Assembly (NCBI GenBank): GCA_018057455.1
Contig: JAGPDT010000009.1
Coordinates: 4,586 to 68,585 of the forward strand
Source of the DNA: Flavobacteriales bacterium
GTDB lineage: Bacteria; Bacteroidota; Bacteroidia; Flavobacteriales_F; PHOS-HE28
Reading direction: 5' to 3'
Length of the DNA stretch: 64,000 nt
Shown here: positions 15,261-23,002 of the stretch, in pieces
Numbering within the stretch: the first letter of the stretch is position 1
How the letters are laid out: each line of letters opens with the position of its first letter
Notes under the pieces: model-generated
Database searches by the model: none
What the model was told of the DNA's origin: nothing
The model's input: only the letters and a program-made list of their open reading frames with translations
Translations under genes and position numbers: made by a program

Positions 15261-18122
15261 ATGTCCATTTCCCGCCGCGAGATCCGCACCCGCGCCACCA
15301 AGTTCGCCAAGCAATGGGCCCAGGCCACCGACGAGGAGGCCGATGCCAAGCCCTTCTGGTACGAGTTCTTCCACGTCTTCGGCATCCGTGCGCGCACCGT
15401 GGGCAGCTACGAAGTGCATGTGCGCAAGCTCGATGACGCCTTGGGCAAGATCGATTACTTCTGGCCCGGCATGCTGCTCATTGAGCACAAGAGCCGCGGC
15501 AAGGACCTGAAGAAGGCCGCTATTCAAGCAGTGGATTACCTCCACGGCGTGAAGGAGCACGAGAAGCCGCGCTACATCATCGTCAGTGATTTCGCCCGCT
15601 TTGTGCTGTACGACCTGGACCAGGGCACGGAGACCGAAGTGAAGCTGGAAGACCTTCCGCAGCAGATCGAGCGCTTCGACTTCATCGCCGGCTACGAGGC
15701 GCGGCCGGTGCGCGAACAAGATCCCGTGAACATCCAAGCGGCCGAGTACATGGGCCGCCTGCACGATGAACTGAAAGCCTCCGGCTATGAAGGAAAGGAA
15801 CTTGAAGTCTACTTGGTGCGCTTGCTCTTCATCCTCTTCGCCGACGATACCGGCATCTTCGAGCAGGACGCTTTTTACAACTTCATCGTGGACCAAACGC
15901 GCGAGGACGGCACCGACCTCGGCCCGCAGATCGCCCTGCTGTTCCAACTGCTGAACACGCCCGATGCCAAGCGCCAGAAGAACCTCGATGAGCGCCTCGC
16001 CGACTTCAAGTACATCAACGGAAAACTCTTCGCCGAGCCGCTGCCCATCGCCCATTGGAACGGCGGCATGCGCGTTACCCTGCTGGAATGCGCCAGCCTC
16101 AACTGGAGCCGCATCAGCCCCGCCATCTTCGGTGCGCTGTTCCAGAGCGCCATGGATGCCAAGGCCCGCCGCAACCTCGGCGCGCACTACACCAGCGAGC
16201 AGAACATCCTCAAGCTCATCAAGCCGCTTTTCCTGGATGAACTGTGGGCCGAATTTGAGAAGGTGAAAGGCAGCAAGGCCAAGCTGGAGCAGTTCCACGG
16301 CAAGCTGAGCGAGCTGCGCTTTTTGGACCCCGCCTGCGGCTGCGGCAACTTTTTGGTGATCACCTACCGCGAGTTGCGCGAACTGGAGATCGCCGTGATC
16401 ACCGCCCAACTGAAAGGCCAGCAAGTGGTGGACGTGGACAAGCTGGTGCTGCTGAACGTGGACCGCTTTTTCGGGATCGAGATCGAGGAGTTCCCCGCGC
16501 AGATCGCCCAGGTGGCCATGTGGCTGATGGACCACCAAATGAACCAGCGCATCAGCGCGGCCTTTGGCGAGTACATGGTGCGGATCCCGCTGCGCAAAAG
16601 CGCCACCATCGCGTGTGCCAATGCGCTTACTACGGATTGGCAGGGGTTGTTGGTTCCCGGGCGTGGAGCCGCAGGGTCCCGAAGCGGAGACCCTGCGGGA
16701 GTTGCGGAGGGGGTAGGGGAAGCTCCCGCAGGGTCTCGCATGGCGGACCCTGCGTTGGAACATCGCTTCGACTACATCCTCGGCAATCCGCCGTTCATCG
16801 GCAGCAAGCTGATGACCACCGACATGCGCACGGACCTCCTGCGCATCTTCCCCGGCGTGAAGGGCGCGGGCACGCTGGATTTCGTGTGCGGTTGGTACGG
16901 CCTGGCCGCGCAATACATGAAGGCGCACGGTGATGGAAAGACCTGCTCCGCCTTCGTGAGCACCAACAGCATTACGCAGGGTGAACAGGTGGGCGCGCTG
17001 TGGGGGCCGCTGCTCGCCCAAGGGATCAAGGTCCACTTTGCACACCGCACGTTTCATTGGAACAACGAGGCGCGCGGCGTGGCCGCCGTGCATTGCGTCA
17101 TCATCGGCTTCGCGAATTTCGATGTGCCCAAGAAGCGCTTGTTCAGCTACGCGGACCCAAAGGCCGAACCGGAGGAAAGCGTGGTGGCGAACATCAGCCC
17201 GTATTTGGTGGAAGGCGGGGATGTGGTGATCTACAGCCGCCAACGACCGCTATGCAATGTGCCGGAGATCGGTATTGGCAACAAGCCCATTGATGGCGGC
17301 TACTACCTCTTCACGGACGAAGAGAAGGCCGCGTTCATCCGCAATGAACCCGGATCCAAGAAGTACTTCCACCGGTGGCTGGGCAGCGATGAGTTCATCA
17401 ACGGTTGGCAGCGCTGGTGCCTGTGGTTGGGTGAGGCATCTCCATCAGAATTAAAGACAATGCCCGAAGTGCTTGCAACAATTGAGTTAGTGAGGAAATA
17501 CCGATTGGGGCTGATAAAGGCAAAGAGTGGAAGGGAAGCAACGGCTGGTGGAAGTTCTTTGAAGCTCGCTGAAACGCCTACCCAGTTCCACGTGCAATTC
17601 ATTCCGAAGGAGCGATTCATGGTGATTCCGGAAGTCTCGTCAGAAAGGCGGAAATACATTCCCATGGGTTATATGGAACCGGATACACTGTGCTCGAACA
17701 AGCTCCGGTTGATGCCACATGCTACGCTGTTTCACTTTGGGATCTTGATGTCGAACATGCACATGGCTTGGACAAATCATGTTTGTGGAAGATTGGAAAG
17801 CAGATACCAGTATTCGATCAAGATCGTGTACAACAACTTCCCGTGGCCTGAGCAACCCACGGCCGCGCAACAAGCCGCCGTGGAGAAGGCCGCGCAAGGG
17901 GTGCTGGATGCGCGGGCGCAATTCGCCACCGCAAGCCTCGCGGACCTCTACGACCCGCTCACCATGCCACCCGCGCTGGTAAAAGCCCACCAAGCCTTGG
18001 ACAAGGCCGTGGACAAGTGCTACCGCCCGCAGCCGTTCGCGAATGATGCGAAGCGGGTGGAGTATTTGTTTGAGTTGTATGAGCGGTATGTGGGTGGGTT
18101 GATGGGTGGGAAAAGGGGTTAG
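15261..18122 (+). CDS. MmeI-family Type IIL restriction-modification enzyme (fused PD-ExK nuclease + N6-adenine methyltransferase + TRD)
   Basis: N-terminal IDYFWPGMLLIEHK gives D-X9-E-X-K. SAM motif I is FLDPACGCGNFLV and motif IV is GNPPF. The helical C-terminal tail is KAHQALDKAVDKCY...RVEYLFELYERY. Length 953 aa. Confidence 0.85.
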   Translation: MSISRREIRTRATKFAKQWAQATDEEADAKPFWYEFFHVFGIRARTVGSYEVHVRKLDDALGKIDYFWPGMLLIEHKSRGKDLKKAAIQAVDYLHGVKEHEKPRYIIVSDFARFVLYDLDQGTETEVKLEDLPQQIERFDFIAGYEARPVREQDPVNIQAAEYMGRLHDELKASGYEGKELEVYLVRLLFILFADDTGIFEQDAFYNFIVDQTREDGTDLGPQIALLFQLLNTPDAKRQKNLDERLADFKYINGKLFAEPLPIAHWNGGMRVTLLECASLNWSRISPAIFGALFQSAMDAKARRNLGAHYTSEQNILKLIKPLFLDELWAEFEKVKGSKAKLEQFHGKLSELRFLDPACGCGNFLVITYRELRELEIAVITAQLKGQQVVDVDKLVLLNVDRFFGIEIEEFPAQIAQVAMWLMDHQMNQRISAAFGEYMVRIPLRKSATIACANALTTDWQGLLVPGRGAAGSRSGDPAGVAEGVGEAPAGSRMADPALEHRFDYILGNPPFIGSKLMTTDMRTDLLRIFPGVKGAGTLDFVCGWYGLAAQYMKAHGDGKTCSAFVSTNSITQGEQVGALWGPLLAQGIKVHFAHRTFHWNNEARGVAAVHCVIIGFANFDVPKKRLFSYADPKAEPEESVVANISPYLVEGGDVVIYSRQRPLCNVPEIGIGNKPIDGGYYLFTDEEKAAFIRNEPGSKKYFHRWLGSDEFINGWQRWCLWLGEASPSELKTMPEVLATIELVRKYRLGLIKAKSGREATAGGSSLKLAETPTQFHVQFIPKERFMVIPEVSSERRKYIPMGYMEPDTLCSNKLRLMPHATLFHFGILMSNMHMAWTNHVCGRLESRYQYSIKIVYNNFPWPEQPTAAQQAAVEKAAQGVLDARAQFATASLADLYDPLTMPPALVKAHQALDKAVDKCYRPQPFANDAKRVEYLFELYERYVGGLMGGKRG
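16670..16754. repeat. REP-type double hairpin (H2-H1) inside the MmeI-like CDS, in frame
   Basis: CGCAGGGTCCCGAAGCGGAGACCCTGCG ... CGCAGGGTCTCGCATGGCGGACCCTGCG. It is translated as ...AAGSRSGDPAGVAEGVGEAPAGSRMADPA... just upstream of FDYILGNPPF. Confidence 0.7.
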
Positions 18123-18157
18123 GCAATTGAAATGGAAATGATCCCGAACTTTGAAGC

Positions 18158-19321
18158 ATGATTATCACACGGTTGAAGCTCAAGAATTGGAGAAATTTCA
18201 AGCACGTTGAGGTGAACCTCCGTGAGCGGGTGTACCTCATAGGGCCAAATGCATCCGGTAAATCGAACCTCCTTGACGTCTTCCGGTTTCTGCGTGATAT
18301 TGCAAAGGCGGAGGGTGGCGGGCTTCAAAAGGCCGTTGTTGGCGACCGTGGGGGATTGAAGCGGATACGGTGCCTCAACGCCCGCAGGGATCCCGAAGTG
18401 ATGATCGAGGTGGAGATGTCTGAAGCCATGAACGCGCCGGCAAAGTGGCGCTACACCTTGGGCATTAAAAGTGAAGGGACCGGGCTGCAACGGCCCGTTG
18501 TATCCCAAGAAACCGTGGTGGACTTGATCGCGGACAAGAAGTTGTTGGACCGGCCGAATGCAGAGGATGCAGGAGATCCGGAATTGCGCACGGTCACCCA
18601 TTTGGAACAGGTAAGCGCGAACAAGTCGTTCCGGGAGGTCGCCGATTTCTTCAGTGGCGTCACCTATCTCCATTTGGTGCCACAACTGTTGAAATATGGT
18701 GACCGGATCGGTGGATCGCACTTGGAGGGCGATCCCTTCGGCCAGGCATTTCTCCAGCAGATCGCCAAAGCTACCGAGCGGGTGCAGCACTCCCGATTGA
18801 AGAAGATCGAACGCGCTTTGCAGGTTTGTGTTCCGAATATGAGGCAACTCTCGTTCGAGCGCGACAAGGTGGACGGCACGCCCCATTTGGTGGCACAATT
18901 TGAACATTGGCGGCCCAACGCCGGTTGGCAACGGGAGAATGAATTCAGCGATGGCACACTCCGATTGCTCGGTATCATGTGGAGTTTGTTGGACGGTGAT
19001 GGAGTGTTGCTCTTGGAAGAGCCGGAACTTTCCTTGAACGAAGCGATCGTCGGCCGCATTCATAAGCTCGTAGTTCAGATGCAACGCCAAGCCAAATATC
19101 CCAGGCAAGTATTCATCACTACCCATAGTGAAGCTCTTTTGTCCGACGAGGGGATCGATATTCGCGAGGTGTTGCGCCTCGATCCAACCCAGGATGGCAC
19201 TGTGGTCCATGAACCGGATGAGACGGACCGGAAGCTGGTGCGGTCCGGATACACCGTCTCGCAAGCCATGCTACCCAAAGTAAAACCTAAGGGTGTGGAT
19301 CAACTCAGCTTCTTCGATTAA
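18158..19321 (+). CDS. ABC/SMC-type AAA ATPase (AAA_21-like; AriA/RloA/OLD-ATPase-like)
   Basis: Walker A GPNASGKSN, signature-like FSDGTLRLLG, Walker B VLLLEEPE, H-loop ITTHS. Confidence 0.85.
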   Translation: MIITRLKLKNWRNFKHVEVNLRERVYLIGPNASGKSNLLDVFRFLRDIAKAEGGGLQKAVVGDRGGLKRIRCLNARRDPEVMIEVEMSEAMNAPAKWRYTLGIKSEGTGLQRPVVSQETVVDLIADKKLLDRPNAEDAGDPELRTVTHLEQVSANKSFREVADFFSGVTYLHLVPQLLKYGDRIGGSHLEGDPFGQAFLQQIAKATERVQHSRLKKIERALQVCVPNMRQLSFERDKVDGTPHLVAQFEHWRPNAGWQRENEFSDGTLRLLGIMWSLLDGDGVLLLEEPELSLNEAIVGRIHKLVVQMQRQAKYPRQVFITTHSEALLSDEGIDIREVLRLDPTQDGTVVHEPDETDRKLVRSGYTVSQAMLPKVKPKGVDQLSFFD

Positions 19322-19920
19322 TGGCAGGCAGTAGGGAAGTAATGCTCGTCTGTGAAGACCAGCTGGGTGCGGATATGCTGGTGCGATTAGTTTCCCATGC
19401 AAGGCCACAATTGTCCATAAGGTCAGTGGAGGTCACTCGTGGCAACACAAGAATTGCCGCGAGCATCGGTAAATATGCACGGGCTTCACAAGCGGGCGTG
19501 GCACATATCATCCTTACGGACCTGGACCGCGTAGCATGCCCGCCAAGCCTCATTGCGGAGTGGAATGTTCCTGAAGTGCCGGGCTATCTTCTTTTCCGGG
19601 TCGCTGTCCGTGAGGTGGAATCCTGGCTCCTGGCAGACAATACAGGTCTTGCCAAATTCCTTGGAATTCCTGCTAGCAAGATCAGCATGCAGCCCGATGA
19701 GGTGAATGACCCCAAGGAGAACCTGATGAACCTGGTGCGACGCTGTAGAAATAAACGGCTCAAACAAGATATCCTACCGGAAACAGGCTCCACGGCCAAG
19801 AAGGGCGTATTCTACAATGAACGTTTCGGTCGATTTGTCAGAATCGATTGGAACTTGGAGCGTGCTGCAAAATTATCACCGAGCTTGAACAAGGCTCTTC
19901 TTCGAATCGGAAGTTTTTAG
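19321..19920 (+). CDS. Toprim-like small protein (DUF4276/DUF4435 class), partner of the ATPase
   Basis: Its ATG overlaps the upstream stop (TAATG). The acidic motifs LVCEDQ, ILTDLD and REVESWLLAD occur in Toprim order (E / DxD / E). Length 199 aa. Confidence 0.6.
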   Translation: MAGSREVMLVCEDQLGADMLVRLVSHARPQLSIRSVEVTRGNTRIAASIGKYARASQAGVAHIILTDLDRVACPPSLIAEWNVPEVPGYLLFRVAVREVESWLLADNTGLAKFLGIPASKISMQPDEVNDPKENLMNLVRRCRNKRLKQDILPETGSTAKKGVFYNERFGRFVRIDWNLERAAKLSPSLNKALLRIGSF

Positions 19921-19936
19921 GATCTCGTTCCACCCA

Positions 19937-20860
19937 ATGGACTTCATCACCCTCGACTTTGAAACGGCCAATCGGAACCGCAACAGCGCCTGCGAACTGG
20001 GCCTCACCTTCGTAAAGAACGGTGTGGTGGGAGAAACCCGAAGCTGGCTCTTGAAACCCATCCCGAACGACTTCGACTACTTCAATATCCTGCTGCACGG
20101 CATACGGCCGGAGATGGTCCAGGACCAGCCTGAGTTCAATGCCTTGTGGCCCGAGGTGCAACCGTTGCTGGAAGGCCAATTCGTGATCGCGCACAATGCC
20201 GGGTTCGACATCAGCGTACTTCGCAGGACGATGGAGCAATACGGAATTCCCTTTCCGAACATGAGCTATGCGTGCAGCTACATTTTCTCCAAACGCGTAT
20301 GGGAAGGATTGCCTTCCTATGGCCTGAAGGAACTGTGCGCGAAGAATGAAATTGCGTTCCGCCATCACCGCGCAGGGCCGGACAGCAGGGCCACGGCGGA
20401 ACTGGCGCTGAAGGCGTTTGAGTGCGCAGGAATTGAACGGCCAGATGACCTGCCCAACAAATTGAGGACCACCATCGGTGCATTGTTCCCCGGCGGGTTC
20501 CATGCGTGCAGGGCCAAGTCCGACAAAACCAGCCGGTGGTCCACTCCCCATCCTTCAAGCTTCATAGGGGATCCAGCAAAACAAGACCCGGATAATTTGT
20601 TCTTTGGCCAAACAGTGGTCTTCACGGGAGCATTGTCATCCATGACCCGTGCTGAAGCGCAACAAGCCATTGCGGACATCGGAGGGGTCAACGGGGTTGG
20701 TGTTACCAAGCAGACCGGCTTCTTGGTCGTCGGCCAGCAGGATTATCGCTTGGTCGGTGAAGATGGCTTGAGCGGAAAGCAGGAGAAGGCGCTAAAGTTG
20801 AAGGCGGCCGGAGTGCCGATCGAGATCATGTCGGAAGCGGATTTCAAGGACCACATCTGA
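19937..20860 (+). CDS. DEDDh 3'-5' exonuclease (DnaQ-like) fused to a C-terminal BRCT domain
   Basis: DFETAN (DxE), HNAGFD and HRAGPDSRA (Hx4D). The BRCT-like part is FFGQTVVFTGALSSMTRAEAQQAIADIGG...GFLVVG. Confidence 0.8.
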   Translation: MDFITLDFETANRNRNSACELGLTFVKNGVVGETRSWLLKPIPNDFDYFNILLHGIRPEMVQDQPEFNALWPEVQPLLEGQFVIAHNAGFDISVLRRTMEQYGIPFPNMSYACSYIFSKRVWEGLPSYGLKELCAKNEIAFRHHRAGPDSRATAELALKAFECAGIERPDDLPNKLRTTIGALFPGGFHACRAKSDKTSRWSTPHPSSFIGDPAKQDPDNLFFGQTVVFTGALSSMTRAEAQQAIADIGGVNGVGVTKQTGFLVVGQQDYRLVGEDGLSGKQEKALKLKAAGVPIEIMSEADFKDHI

Positions 20861-20893
20861 TATCGAGTCCTAAGAAGAACAACAGGGGGGCCA

Positions 20894-20983
20894 TTCATTG
20901 GCGCGAGCGCCCTCCGCTCGTGCATCATTCCATCGGTTGTACTGCACCAACGCACGAGCGGAAGACGCTTGCGCGAGATCCGG
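20894..20983. repeat. hairpin element of about 90 bp, copy 1
   Basis: TTCATTGGCGCGAGCGCCCTCCGCTCGTGC-loop-GCACGAGCGGAAGACGCTTGCGCGAGATCCGG, with a stem of about 22 bp. A near-identical copy lies at 21876-21965 in the same orientation. Confidence 0.75.
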
Positions 20984-21038
20984 TGAAACTGTTGCAGAGG
21001 AAGAAGGAACGAATGGGCTTTATCTTTGAACGAAGCCA

Positions 21039-21290
21039 ATGGCACCCAAAGCGATCAAACCGAACATCGAGGGCTATGCGTTCTATTTCTTCAGCAACGA
21101 GAACAACGAACCCGCGCATGTGCATGTGCGCAAGGGAGATGGGCTGGTCAAATACTGGCTGGAACCTGCGGTGGTACTGGCCGATGATAACGGCCGCATG
21201 AAGGTGCAGGAATTGCGGCGTGCTGAAGAACTTGTAAAGGAGAACAGGAGCCGCATTGAAAAAGCTTGGAACGAATACTTCGCATTATGA
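21039..21290 (+). CDS. DUF4160 domain protein
   Basis: 83 aa. YFFSNENNEPAHVHVRKGD matches the DUF4160 core. Confidence 0.75.
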   Translation: MAPKAIKPNIEGYAFYFFSNENNEPAHVHVRKGDGLVKYWLEPAVVLADDNGRMKVQELRRAEELVKENRSRIEKAWNEYFAL

Positions 21291-21628
21291 GCAACCGAAA
21301 GCCAGTGATACAAGACCCCGTAAACGCGATGATCCGCGAACAAGGTGTCCGCATCACCGCCGTGCATGCCATCAAGGATGCGAACCTCTTGCTGGTCATG
21401 CTCAACGAAGGCCGCTTGGAGTTCCCCTTGGATGGCTTCAAGCGCCTGGCAAAAGCCAGCCAAGCCCAGCTGAACAAGTACGAGCTGCTGCCCGATGGCG
21501 CAGGTGTGCATTGGCCTGGTTTGGACGAGCACTTGAGTTTGCGCGGCTTTCTGCTCGCAACAATGCGCGAGATGCTGCATGGGCCTGCACCCGCACGTTC
21601 AAGGAAGAGCAGCAGGGTGCCGGTCTGA
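21287..21628 (+). CDS. DUF2442 domain protein
   Basis: ATGA start/stop overlap with the DUF4160 gene. ITAVHAIKDANLLLVMLNEGRLEFPLDGFKRLAKASQAQLNKYELLPDGAGVHWPGLDEHLSLRGFL is DUF2442-like. Confidence 0.75.
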   Translation: MSNRKPVIQDPVNAMIREQGVRITAVHAIKDANLLLVMLNEGRLEFPLDGFKRLAKASQAQLNKYELLPDGAGVHWPGLDEHLSLRGFLLATMREMLHGPAPARSRKSSRVPV

Positions 21629-21875
21629 AGGGGGATGTGCATAGCCGCGGTATAGCGCTGCGGACACAGTCAGAAAACGCAAAACCAGTCACAGACGGCA
21701 TATAACTCCCTCTGCGACCGGTGCCGTAATCTCGAACTAGCTATAACATTGATCAGAACCAAACACGATGGACTGGTTCACAGCCTGGCTAAGCTTGTTG
21801 ATCGTAGGTTGGTGGAATCGCCGAAAAGATAGGCGGGAGCAGCGCCGGACACGGCGTTAGGGACATCAACGCCTT

Positions 21876-21965
21876 TTCATTGGCGCGAGCGTCCTCCGCA
21901 CGTGCCTCATTCCATCGGTTGTACTGCACAAACGCACGAGTGGAGGGCGCTTGCGTGAGCTCCGG
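21876..21965. repeat. hairpin element of about 90 bp, copy 2
   Basis: TTCATTGGCGCGAGCGTCCTCCGCACGTGC-loop-GCACGAGTGGAGGGCGCTTGCGTGAGCTCCGG. A degenerate short-loop derivative (CTCGTGCTGGCAATCGCACGAGCGGAGGA) lies at about 22905-22945. Confidence 0.75.
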
Positions 21966-21967
21966 GG

Positions 21968-22390
21968 TCAATCAACTCCCCACGCCGCACAAAGATCCCG
22001 GAATACGATGTATGCCGCCATTTCCCGCATGGAGAATACGTAATGTGGGGTGAACGCGTGGATGTCGCCGCTTTCACGGACGATCCGGGCTGAGAGCGGG
22101 TCCAGGATCGCCAACCCATTTTGGGTGACATCCTTAAAATATGCCTTGTTGGCCACGGTGTCTTTGTTCAAGTACTGAATGCAGTACTTGCGCTCACGAT
22201 GTTCGAACAGAACGGGCTCGTCGTTGATCCATACCTTACCGCACCCGCCGCATTCTGTCGTATTCAGGCGCTGGCTCATGATCCTTTCCATTGCCATGCT
22301 GTCTGTGGAATAGGCCACGGACCACACCAACGTCAGTTGCTCGTGGCCGCAAGCAGGGCATTTGAATTCATGGTTTCTCTTTATGGACAT
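21968..22390 (-). CDS. CpXC domain protein (paralogue 1)
   Basis: CPACGHEQ ... ECGGCGK zinc-ribbon pair. The core YCIQYL is shared with the neighbouring gene. Confidence 0.7.
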   Translation of the reverse strand: MSIKRNHEFKCPACGHEQLTLVWSVAYSTDSMAMERIMSQRLNTTECGGCGKVWINDEPVLFEHRERKYCIQYLNKDTVANKAYFKDVTQNGLAILDPLSARIVRESGDIHAFTPHYVFSMREMAAYIVFRDLCAAWGVD

Positions 22391-22406
22391 GGCAGCTTAT
22401 TGGCTT

Positions 22407-22865
22407 TCATTCATCAGCGTCGGCAGCAGGGGTTTCCTCCGGTGCATCCTTGCCCCACCGGGCGCAACGATCACGGAAATCGATGTAGGCGACCAACTCA
22501 TCCATGCCGAACACGAAGTGGGGGCGGAGAAAATGTTCGCCTTGGGTGTTCATGGCGATTGCGGTGCTGATCGCGTCCATGACCTGGGTTCCCTGCTTGG
22601 TGATCCTTGCATAGGTTTCCTTCGCTCCCATGACCTCCTCGCCAAGGTATTGTATGCAGTACCCCCGTTCCAGGTCATGGTAGAGCAAGCTTCCGTCCAC
22701 GAAGGCCCTCGACTTGCACTTCTCGCACTCGAAAATGTTCAAGCGTTGTTCTTTCAACGCATGTACCAAGTCCTTGTCGCCCGTGTTCACTGAGGACCAA
22801 ACCTCCATGTGTTGCTGGTGTCCACAACTTGGGCAGGCCAATTCTTGAGGATAGGACATGGACAT
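22407..22865 (-). CDS. CpXC domain protein (paralogue 2)
   Basis: ORF 22407..22982 trimmed to MSMSYPQELACPSCGHQQ...ECEKCKS...YCIQYL. Similar to paralogue 1 along its whole length. Confidence 0.7.
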   Translation of the reverse strand: MSMSYPQELACPSCGHQQHMEVWSSVNTGDKDLVHALKEQRLNIFECEKCKSRAFVDGSLLYHDLERGYCIQYLGEEVMGAKETYARITKQGTQVMDAISTAIAMNTQGEHFLRPHFVFGMDELVAYIDFRDRCARWGKDAPEETPAADADE

Positions 22866-23002
22866 GCTCGGCGGGTATGAAGGATTGCCGCAATATAGAA
22901 TACCAGTGTCTCGTGCTGGCAATCGCACGAGCGGAGGATACTCGCATGAGGTTTGGGCGCGGCATCCGCGCACGCAAGCCATGCAGCATCTTTGCCCGCA
23001 GC

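Noticed and set aside
20894-21965. The 90-bp hairpins as integron attC sites, i.e. a CALIN-type cassette array.
   Set aside because: I could not find the RYYYAAC / GTTRRRY core sites at the hairpin ends, and no intI gene or attI is in the window. The cassette-like layout is kept as a finding, but the attC identity is not claimed.
22829-23002. N-terminal extension of the frameshifted gene, and the upstream extension (22866..22982) of the second CpXC ORF.
   Set aside because: The two extensions overlap each other on opposite strands and cover the degenerate hairpin element. The internal ATGs at 23003 and 22865 give products that begin at conserved-looking sequence (MWFTDLFGFEEE and the MSMSYPQELACPSCGH zinc ribbon).
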